From Macrostomum lignano (Eukaryota), in assembly GCA_002269645.1 (NCBI GenBank), contig NIVC01002350.1, positions 117,813-181,812 of the forward strand: a stretch of 64,000 nucleotides of DNA. The letters run 5' to 3'. Under the pieces are notes generated by a model. It did no database searches, had not been told where the DNA came from, and saw nothing but the letters and a program-made list of their open reading frames with translations. This document shows positions 51,073 through 64,000 of this stretch, one piece after another (positions within the stretch are counted from its first letter, which is position 1; each line of letters opens with the position of its first letter). The position numbers and the translations under genes were made by a program.

Positions 51073-52560
51073 GTCAGTGGGATTGTGTCAGTCAGTGGGA
51101 TTGTGTCAGTCAGTGGGATTGTGTCAGTCAGTGAGATTGTGTCAGTGAGATTGTGTCAGTCAGTGGGATTGTGTCAGTGGGATTGTGTCAGTCAGTGAGA
51201 TTGTGTCAGTGAGATTGTGTCAGTCAGTGGGATTGTGTCAGTGAGATTGTGTCAGTCAGTGAGATTGTGTCAGTGAGATTGTGTCAGTCAGTGGGATTGT
51301 GTCAGTCAGTGAGATTGTTTCAGTCAGTGGGATTGTGTCAGTCAGTGAGATTGTGTCAGTGAGATTGTGTCAGTCAGTGGGATTGTGTCAGTCAGTGGGA
51401 TTGTGTCAGTCAGTGAGATTGTGTCAGTCAGTGGGATTGTGTCAGTCATCGGGATTGTGTCAGTCAGTGAGATTGTTTCAGTCAGTGGGATTGTGTCAGT
51501 CAGTGAGATTGTGTCAGTGAGATTGTGTCAGTCAGTGGGATTGTGTCAGTCAGTGGGATTGTGTCAGTCAGTGAGATTGTTTCAGTCAGTGGGATTGTGT
51601 CAGTCAGTGAGGTTGTGTCAGTCAGTGGGATTGTGTCAGTCAGTGGGATTGTGTCAGTCAGTGGGATTGTGTCAGTGAGATTGTGTCAGTCAGTGGGATT
51701 GTGTCAGTCAGTGGGATTGTGTCAGTCAGTGAGATTGTTTCAGTCAGTGGGATTGTGTCAGTCAGTGAGGTTGTGTCAGTCAGTGGGATTGTGTCAGTCA
51801 GTGGGATTGTGTCAGTCAGTGGGATTGTGTCAGTCAGTGAGATTGTTTCAGTCAGTGGGATTGTGTCAGTGAGATTGTGTCAGTCAGTGGGATTGTGTCA
51901 GTCAGTGGGATTGTGTCAGTCAGTGAGATTGTGTCAGTCAGTGAGATTGTGTCAGTCAGTGAGATTGTGTCAGTGGGATTGTGTCAGTCATCGGGATTGT
52001 GTCAGTCAGTGAGATTGTGTCAGTCAGTGGGATTGTGTCAGTCAGTCGGATTGTGTCAGTCAGTGAGATTGGGTCAGTGAGATTGTGTCAGTCAGCCAAA
52101 TTGGGTCAGTGAGATTGTGTCAGTGAAATTGGGTCAGTGAGATTGTGTTAGTGAAATTGGGTCAGTGAGATTGTGTCAGTGAGATTGTGTCAGTGAGATT
52201 GGGTCAGTGAGATTGTGTCAATGAGATTGGGTCAGTGAGATTGTGTCAGTGAAATTGGGTCAGTGAGCTTGTGTCAGTGAGATTGTGTCAGTGAGATTGG
52301 GTCAGTGAGATTGTGACAGTCAGTGAGATTGTGTCAGTGAGATTGTGTCAGTGAGATTGTGTCAGTCAGTGAGATTGTGTCAGTCAGTGAGATTGTGTCA
52401 GTCAGTGAGATTGTGTCAGTCAGTGAGATTGTGTCAGTCAGTGAGATTGTGACAGTCAGTGAGATTGTGTCAGTCAGTGAGATTGTGTCAGTGAGATTGG
52501 GTCAGTCAGTGAGATTGTGTCAATAAGATTGGGTCAGTCAGTGAGATTCGTCAGTCAGCC
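51073..52560. repeat. 18/14-bp minisatellite (GATTGTGTCAGTCAGTG[G/A]; GATTGTGTCAGTGA)
   Basis: Direct inspection; abuts the 3' end of the Cys-rich gene. Confidence 0.97.
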
Positions 52561-52566
52561 AGGTTG

Positions 52567-54008
52567 TCAGTAGCTGTCGCTGTCGCCAAAGCAGGGCTCG
52601 CTGGCAGGGCCGCCCCGCCTCAGGCAGCAGCGGCAGCGCTCGCAGCCGCGCCCGTCGACCTGCAGCCGGCCGTCGCCGCCGTGTCGCCGCCGACAATTGC
52701 GCTGGCAGATTTTGCTCAGCCACCGGGGCAGTCGGCAGCTGCTGTTGAAGCTGAGCCCCAACTGCAGCGTTGGCTGCTCGTCTTCATCCGGCCCATCCTC
52801 CGTTGCTAGGCAGGTACAGTTACCATAGCAACGGCCGTTTGGACCGCCTAGGCGGCAGCGAACGAAGCTGCCGGTCGGACAGTCGGGCGGCGGAGGCGGC
52901 GGCTGCCGCTCCGGACAGTCAAGAGGCTCGGGGGATTCGGGGGCAGGACTCGAACCGCCTGGGAGTTCTGGGGATTTTTATTGTTGCTGATCAGCTTCGA
53001 TATGATAATAAGTGAAGTCTGAATGAGAGATGCATGGGAATAGACTGATTGGGAATAGACTGATTGGGAATAGACTGATAGAGAATAGACTGATAGAGAA
53101 TAGACTGATTGGGAATAGGCTGATTGGGAATAGGCTGATTGGGAATAGACTGATTGGGAATAGACTGATTGGGAATAGACTGATTGGGAATAGGCTGATT
53201 GGGAATAGGCTGATTGAGAATAGACTGATTGGGAATAGGCTGATTGGGAATAGGCTGATTGGGAATAGGCTGATTGGGAATAGACTGATTGGGAATAGAC
53301 TGATAGAGAATAGACTGATTGGGAATAGACTGATTGGGAATAGACTGATTGGGAATAGGCTGATTGGGAATAGACTGATTGGGAATAGGCTGATTGGGAA
53401 TAGGCTGATTGGAAATAGACTGATAGAGAATAGGCTGATTGGGAATAGGCTGATTGGGAATAGGCTGATTGGGAATAGGCTGATTGGGAATAGACTGATA
53501 GAGAATAGACTGATTGGGAATAGGCTGATTGGGAATAGGCTGATTGGGAATAGGCTGATTGGGAATAGACTGATAGAGAATAGGCTGATTGGGAATAGAC
53601 TGATAGAGAATAGACTGATTGGGAATAGACTGATTGGGAATAGACTGCTTTGGAGTACCCCAATCAATTGATATATACGTTAAAAAATACGAAATAAACA
53701 TACAGTAAGTTAACCAATTAGCTCAACAGCTAAGAATTAAATATGTTAATGAACTCACCATTTTGCCGACTCTGCGTGTCCCTCAGACAAGGACAGTCAA
53801 AACCGGAGTCTACCGAGCTGGTGTCATTAATAATACCCGCATCGCTTTGCATAGGTGTCGGTGTCAGGCACATCTTAGCAAACACTTGGCGACTCTTATC
53901 GCAGTTGGTACACAGCAGGCGGCAGGTGTTAATGTCCAATTGCTGCTGCAGGCTAATTGGTAGCACTGCTAACAGACATAGGACGACAACAATGATCGGT
54001 GCTTTCAT
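52567..54008 (-). CDS. Secreted Cys-rich protein with an antistasin-like C-terminal motif; exons 54008-53759 and 53018-52567, in-frame TAA at 52980-52978
   Basis: Signal peptide MKAPIIVVVLCLLAVLPISL. Phase-1 GT-AG intron. After the TAA the same frame continues ~136 codons, ending ..CQRNC...VDGRGCERCRCC..SY*. Confidence 0.65.
53035..53648. repeat. 15-bp minisatellite (GGGAATAG[A/G]CTGATT)n filling the intron of the Cys-rich gene
   Basis: About 41 units. Confidence 0.97.
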
Positions 54009-54609
54009 TATTGTTTGTTTTTACGAAGTAGGTTAGAAAAGAATCTATGAATATTCTACAATTGCATGTTGTATTTCAATCACTTTATTTTATAATTGAG
54101 AAGCTTTATCAGGCGTGGAATATCGGTTTTATCGGTGAGTCATGCACGAGAATGAATGTACAATCGTTGCCGGTTTGGGGTTTGAAAGAACCAGCCAAAG
54201 TTTGGGGTTTGCTTATCTATCCCTTTCTCTCCCTTTCCTCAACGCTCATTGGCTGGAAGCCTGTCAATACATTGATTGCTAATGTACATTTGAATACATG
54301 CATGCGCGTCTCCCTTCCCAGAACCCCGATCCGAGCCCAATCGAAAGCCACTACTACAGATAGCCAACACTGTATTGATACAGAAATTGTTGATTAGTCA
54401 GGATATTTTTATTTAACAATAGAACTAAAAAGTGGGGAATCCCCTTGACAATTTTTTTCCGCGCCAGAACGCAGCAACACAGGCACACGAAACTCCAGAA
54501 CACGGGCTAACTTTTTGTTGCGCACCTTCTTGAGTTAAGTGAGTAAGTCGCCTGCCCTCCAGTCTGTCGAGATATTCGGAAATTCTGCCTGAAGGTCGGA
54601 TTTTTCCCA

Positions 54610-54998
54610 TAAGCGCCAGTGTATTCAGTACACCCCTGTGCGCCTATCAGCACTGCGCCTCAGTGCAGCCTGCCAAGTCTCCAAATTTGATCAGCACGTC
54701 GACCACATGTGTCTGCATCAGCTCTGACTTCGTTGGTCACTGACCTACACCCAGGCGGAGCTTCTGGACCTTCAACAGGTGGCACCAGGGGACTATGGAC
54801 CAGGGGCAAATTTCTCCAGTTTCGCTGATCAAGCCTTGACAGTGGACAAACCTCAACTGTTGGACATCCTCAGCTAGTATCTCAAGCATTCCGTCATCAC
54901 CCCGATGCCGTCAGTACCTTCAACATATAACCTGGACTGGACTAGACTAAACTAGACTAGACTAGACAACACTAGCTAGACTAGACTAACAAACTAGA
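54610..54998 (+). mobile_element. Possible LINE 3' fragment with an (ACTAG)n tail
   Basis: Stop-interrupted, coding-like GC-richer segment ending in repeated ACTAG; no diagnostic RT motif. Confidence 0.35.
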
Positions 54999-55326
54999 CT
55001 CGCTTGACGTACAACATAGCATTGTACGTTATTCATGAGTAAACAGAGAATGAGCCGTTTTCTATGAAAACGAGAATATGGCGCTCTCATTTGGTGTATA
55101 ATTATGATACCGTACGCACGTTCGTGCATAGGCACCTCATGCATCTTTACTGTACAACTATAGGGGCCAATTGTATTCGTTCAAGAAGAGATTTAATAAC
55201 TCTACTCAAAAGGATCGTCTCTTAGTTCGGAGAAAAACCTGTTAGACAGTTGTACATTCGGTACAGCGAACATTTTAAATCATTAACTATTCAGTCATTT
55301 TAAAGTCTAAATCGAAGTACTCAAAT

Positions 55327-58438
<3,112 letters not shown>

Positions 58439-60439
58439 TGGTGGCGTATATCGCACAATTTCTGTTTTGTTACGCTCGTAAAAGTTTACTTGACCATTGT
58501 GCTTTAATGGAAATTTTAACTTTGCCTCTTTACGCAGATGTATTTTTCTGCTTAACCGACTTTCGCGCTGGCTTTCGTCTAACATAACCAATCAGCTTAT
58601 ACGAGCGTATGTCATTTTATTTAAATCAGACTTTTATTTACTCAACATGGTCAAGATGTTTCCAGTTATAATTAGCTAAGCCCTGACTAACACTGCCATC
58701 TGAAAAGTAAATAGTGTTCCTAAGACTTTGCTAGCAGGTTAAAAGCTCGCGTAAAATAAATCAAGGCAATTAATGATGCTCTCTACCGATTTATGTAATA
58801 AGTAAGTAACTTAAACAGGATTATTGAGTGAAAGACAGGCTAGAATGACGACACCATGCTGGGTTTTTTGACATACGAGTAAATTATGCTTGTTGTACGG
58901 ATTGCCGTTAGTTTCCAGTTGAATTCGTTTTACTAATTATAACCTGCTTTTCAGTAGTTTAATAATGTGTAGTTTAACTATTTAACCCTCTCAGTTTATT
59001 GAATCTATGATTTTTAATTCATTAACAATCTTTAACGCTCGTAACTAACGATTTTTTTCAATTCATATTCGAGAGTTTTGCCTGCTATGAAAAATTCCAT
59101 GAAATTTTTTTTTAATATTCTTATTTACCTCGTGTTTTTTTTCATTTTTTGCGAAAGACGGAAAAATAAAATTATGAGCTGAAGCTCATGACAATTCATA
59201 CTATTGTGTGAAATGGAAACAGCTTCATGAGGGTCTGGTCTGCGTAATGGCTCGAAATTGTTTTTTATTTGCATATGATAAATGGCTGTCTGTCCAGAAG
59301 CTGGGGGCTTTGTCTACTCCTATCCCACGGTATTGCAAGAAGTTTTGAGAGGCTTTGAAGAAGGACCACTGCATGGTTGAAAGACGACCAAAAAACTTAA
59401 GATAAATATAGTTTGATTCGACGTCAGAGTGCGAACTTTCCTTTAAACTTAGCCTCCATTTGCACCGAGCCTAATTTTAAAATGTCACTTATACTCAACC
59501 TGAACCCGAGCGGAGTTCTTCTCAACACAAGGAAATTTTAAAAAAGAAATGAGAAATCTTTCATAGACCGCGGAGACACTGGCAGTAATATGAACCGCGT
59601 CTTCAACTCATATTAAGACGAATCGAATCAATAATTTTGAGCACAATATATTCGAGTTGAATGCCAAAAGACTTTTCACTATAGTTTTAAGTCAACAAGT
59701 CAAAAATAAAAGTCAAAAATAAATTTTCAAGCGCTGTTATGTCTTATGATTGAATGTTTTTAAAAAATATTTTAAATATGGCATTTTCAAGTAATTTAAT
59801 TGTTCCTCGTAAGTTAGGTTGACTGTGCAGTGCATGTGTATCAAAGATGATAAAATAGATTCATAAAGTCAATGAATCGAGCTGATTTTTAGGTACAGGA
59901 CACTAGCAATCAGCATCCCCCGTTGGGGAGCTATAAATATGTTTCTGTTGGCATTTTTTTTATTATCAGTAATTATTGCTAGATTTGCACAAGTTAATAC
60001 TGACCTTGTTGTCTTCTTGTCTGCTAGGGTCCTCACCTCTCTATACCTCGAGTGTTCTCTGCATAGGCAGACGCATCGTTTTGTTGAGCATAGGACTGGA
60101 GAATGCTAGAAATGCTCAGTGGCAGTGCAACTTTAGCTACTTATTATCATTTGTGTACAGCGCTTGGCCCAGCCAAACTTAATCTGTTGCCTATTACCAG
60201 TAATAATGAAAGTACGTAGACAGACCGGTGCAGGAAGCGTCCGTTAAGTTAGAGATGCCTTGATGGTGTACAGTGCCAGACAAAAGAGAACTTCTGAAGA
60301 AGAAGAAGAATGCGTTTGTACCGACTACTTACTTGTAGAGATAGAGAGCACAGAGTGCAACCGAGCGAAGCAGTACTGCTCTTTACTCGTGTATATGCTC
60401 GTGTAGATTCGAAAAAGTTTTTATTGATTTTCGTTGGCC

Positions 60440-61648
60440 ATGGGTGCCGGACTTGCACGACTAGTAGCAAGCATACGCGTGCTGTTTCGGGACGATGGAA
60501 ATGAAAATGCAGATGGAAATGTTGAGCGCGGGCCAGATCCCATTGAGCGTGTTCAACGGAGCGAGACGAAAACAACAACACAACAAAATACGCAGTTGGC
60601 GTCACAGGGTGCGTCTCAAGGCCAGGTTGTGAATGAACGCCACGCCACCCGCCGAATCCGGGGCGCCGGCGTCAGCCAGCAGGCAGTCGACGAAAACTCG
60701 ACGAGAACACGCGAACGACGACAAAATAAACAGCAAGACCTGCAGAAGCAGCTGCAACTGAACGCATTCTTATCCCTAGGTAATGGAGGCAATCACCAGC
60801 AGGTAGGTCAGACGCAGCTACAAAACTCATCAGGTCGCAGTAGCCAAACGAGCGCTGCTTGTTGCAATTCAGACAGTAAAGCTACCTGTTCGATCATATT
60901 TCGGCGTCAGGCTGATGAGAGTTCTAGAGATTCTATGGTGTGGAAAGCTCCGCTGCATTCAATCAATATTCAAATTAAAATCCAATCTGCCACAAAAACT
61001 GCCACACAGACTAAACAATTCATCGAGGAAATTCGAACGAGCATGAGAAACCATTGCAGACTGTTTACGGTTTTCCTACACGACTCATGCCAGCTGGCTA
61101 CAAGGCTTTTTCGCAGCGGAAGGTGCAGTCAAATTAAGATTGATTGCGACGAAGAACTCATTAGAAATGTTTTCATTAGACTTGATCGAGACGTAGGAAT
61201 TCGCTTCACGTGTTGGTTTCTGACTCTGTGCACGAAAAGTCTATTTAATATTGAAAGCGTCAATCCTCCGATGAGTCCGATGTCGCTATTCGATGCTGAG
61301 TACAAAACGGTGTTTAGAAAAAAATTGTCTGAAAAGTGTCAATCCGATTTAGAAGCATCCGGGAAACCTGTTTGCATATTTTACAGCGATTCAGAAGCCT
61401 ATATTCAGAGTATTTCGAGAAATAATTCAACTGCGAGCCCAGCATGGCCTGGAATTTGTCTGTCACCTGTCCTGTGCCGCTGGCCCGCTGATGAAATAAG
61501 CGAGCTCGTCGATCGACCATTGCCGGAGCTCGTACTAACACTGGAGCAGGAGCAGAAAGCGGACAGAAAGCATGGCGGAATCGAAATTATGTTAATTCCT
61601 TGTGCTACATTTCTGGCGTTCCTCGACGAATTCAACGATGAGCAGTAA
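60440..61648 (+). CDS. Uncharacterised single-exon protein (~402 aa): MGAGLA start, Q/S/T-rich linker, globular C-terminal domain
   Basis: Long non-repetitive ORF in AT-rich surroundings with gccATGG context; no family recognised. Confidence 0.6.
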   Translation: MGAGLARLVASIRVLFRDDGNENADGNVERGPDPIERVQRSETKTTTQQNTQLASQGASQGQVVNERHATRRIRGAGVSQQAVDENSTRTRERRQNKQQDLQKQLQLNAFLSLGNGGNHQQVGQTQLQNSSGRSSQTSAACCNSDSKATCSIIFRRQADESSRDSMVWKAPLHSINIQIKIQSATKTATQTKQFIEEIRTSMRNHCRLFTVFLHDSCQLATRLFRSGRCSQIKIDCDEELIRNVFIRLDRDVGIRFTCWFLTLCTKSLFNIESVNPPMSPMSLFDAEYKTVFRKKLSEKCQSDLEASGKPVCIFYSDSEAYIQSISRNNSTASPAWPGICLSPVLCRWPADEISELVDRPLPELVLTLEQEQKADRKHGGIEIMLIPCATFLAFLDEFNDEQ

Positions 61649-63500
61649 GCCAGCGTTTTCCGTATTGTTTAAAACATGCATGAAAATATCCATGAAAAAT
61701 TATTCTTTGTTCTGAGCTACATTTACAATTTGTTACGAAACTTCAGACCGGATGAGACCGTGGATTTTATGACCATGGTAAGTATAGTTGGCCTCCTGTC
61801 GATTTTGGGTCTTATTCGTGCATGCCTCACACACATGCCACCCCTGTGCTTTGGGGATTGGCCTTCATGAGCAAGAATCGCATCAGCCCCAGGCAAATTT
61901 TTGTTCACGAAATCGAAACCAAGTACTCTTTCAATCAAGTTCGACCATGCATACACCACTGCTAGCTCCTAGTTTCAGAACAGTCTTATTACTCGTTTAT
62001 GCACTTGGTCACGGGGTCTGTGCAATCTTAGTACATTTTTTCTACCGAATATTTTTATTTTTCTCATCATATAGCTACGATGGGCTGCTGCAAAAGTTTC
62101 CGGACTGTAGCTACTGTGAACGATAGGAATGTCCAAATGAGCTTAGCCGAAACTCCATGCACAGCTGCTCTGTCAAATGGTAAAACTGCAAAACGATTTG
62201 ATATGCTCAGCAAAAGCTGCAAAACTTATAACAGTTTTACGCAGGGGTTTTATAAAACGACTTAGAAGCAATCGCCATGGACAACTTGCTTGTTGAATAT
62301 CACAGGGAAAATGACGAGAATTCGAGCGAATTCAGTGCACTCGTAGGCAAGGCACAGACCAGCTTGCACTTTTAAGCTAGGCATTGGCGGGATCAAAGGA
62401 GAGCCAACGGCTCTTCATTCTGGCATGTCAACGGCAGGGAAAACGGCTAAAAGTGGGAGTGATAGCGGAGTTATCGTTTTTCAGTTTTACCATTTCCAGT
62501 GACCTTGCAATATCCCTCGTACCACAGATTCCAAAAACACTTATTAGATGTACTCGTATCAACTCAATGTAAAAATGACATATGACGTAGATAGATAGTC
62601 AGTATCTAAATTTAGCGCATTAAATTTAGTTTAGAAGCTTTAGAAATCGGCAGCAATACAATTAAATAGGTGTTATCTGGGGGGTTGAAACTGCGTCAAA
62701 CTCGGGTGCATTCAGGTGCAGCCGAATCATGTGACAGTGGTGAAGAGCTAAAATAGTTACATAGTTAAGCGTCGCCTTTAAGAAAGCAAGCAGTGTCACC
62801 AACAATATTTGCTACTGCCTACTCTCTAGCAATGAAACTCAGTAGCAACCAGCGTATATATTCAACAAGAAGCTGCTGGTCGACACAGTAAGGTCTGTGC
62901 TTCCGGTTCTAGGTTTGCCTGCAGGCTGTTTTGATGACGCTCTGTTGATGGTCAAAATGGTTCAGCCCACCCAGATGTAGCAATACCTACCAGGTCCAGT
63001 GGCTTTGTCCAATAAGGTCCTATGTAACTAAAAGGCTGCTGTTATTAAAAGAAATAGGCTTTAAAATACAGTATTTAACACTGCATTTCGCTCTGCAGGG
63101 TTAGGGTAAGGCGTATGGTTCAGCCATACGATACTTGGGGAACTGCTGAGTTGCCAAAAATAATGGGGGTCGCTGAGATGCCAAGGGTCAATTGGGAGTT
63201 GTTAGTAGGCCAAGCATCAAAGGAATAGTAAGCGTTGGGGTTAAGCCACAGCTTAAAGCAGGCTTTAATGCCAATTGGTTCAAAGGGGATGCTGATAACA
63301 TAGGCTAGACAGCTGGCTTTCAAGGCCGATGATTTATATTTTAAGCATCATTTTCCTTAATAAACTACCAATAGTGACCGTAATACAAGGTCAAAAGTTA
63401 AATGTCTTGCCTACCCAACGGGGGGAAGATTGCTAGTCTACATACTAAGTTCATGTAAATTTGAAATACATTCATAGATAATTCAACGCTATGCATTTCA

Positions 63501-63746
63501 GATGAACCGGCGCATAGGTGATGCAATTGTCGAATGGGCCTTCAGCACATTAGCAGAGAATTATCCGTCGGACGATTTAACACCAGCTGAGCTTCATAAG
63601 TTGAGAATGCGACTGGCATTCTAGCGTTTGTGCTACAATTTTTGCGATACTGAAAATCCAACAGAATCAGCCGACTCGGGTGCATACTTTAGGAAACTGT
63701 TCGAGCTGCTAAATCGAATTTGTTGTCCAACGGCGCCTCTGAAGGT
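63501..63746 (+). pseudogene. Exon-like segment with an internal in-frame TAG
   Basis: tttcag|ATGAACCGG...CTGAAG|gtaaat, reading MNRRIGDAIVEWAF...RLAF*RLCYNFCD...PLK. Confidence 0.3.
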
Positions 63747-64000
63747 AAATTTTAAACAGCGACATTCAACGCCGAGAGTTCTGAGAGTGTCAGTTAGGGC
63801 AAACAAAAGATCGGCCGCAAGATCGGCGCGAGAAGTCTTCTGGAAGCTACGTTTGGGAGCTAATTTTAGAGGGTAGGAAAAAAGATTCTGCTTCAATTCC
63901 CGGAAGATTATATTAAAAAAGAGTTGTGATTGCCATACAATACTTGGCAATGTGCGACTGCTCGGGTTTATTCAAAAAGCTTGCGGACAGATGGGATTAC

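Noticed and set aside
52978-52980. Selenocysteine recoding of the internal stop
   Set aside because: The codon is TAA, not TGA, and no SECIS was seen.

Overview
Eukaryotic (metazoan) genomic DNA with GC-rich exons, AT-rich spacers and minisatellite-filled introns. The style resembles the free-living flatworm Macrostomum, but that is an unverified inference. Host genes: an intronless NHL-repeat gene (5.0-6.2 kb); an RtcB RNA ligase whose N-terminal ~165 codons are not visible upstream (27.7-29.9 kb); an OSR1/SPAK (fray) STE20 kinase (32.0-35.7 kb); YPEL5 (38.3-38.7 kb); a complete 10-exon SLC6 transporter with atypical Na1-site residues (41.7-49.6 kb); a secreted Cys-rich gene interrupted by one in-frame TAA (52.6-54.0 kb, minus strand); a helical-domain + ankyrin + CaaX gene (55.3-58.4 kb); and an orphan ORF with a possible N-myristoylation start (60.4-61.6 kb). 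A transposon cluster at 8.9-23 kb holds a decayed mariner, an intact Mag-like Ty3/Gypsy element with identical LTRs, a 5.4-kb EnSpm-like element containing Helitron-like units, and MITEs. Two tRNA-headed SINEs share a 3' tail. About 20 distinct tandem arrays are present. No rRNA, bona fide tRNA or CRISPR array was found. I found several unusual features but no clearly new multi-gene system.
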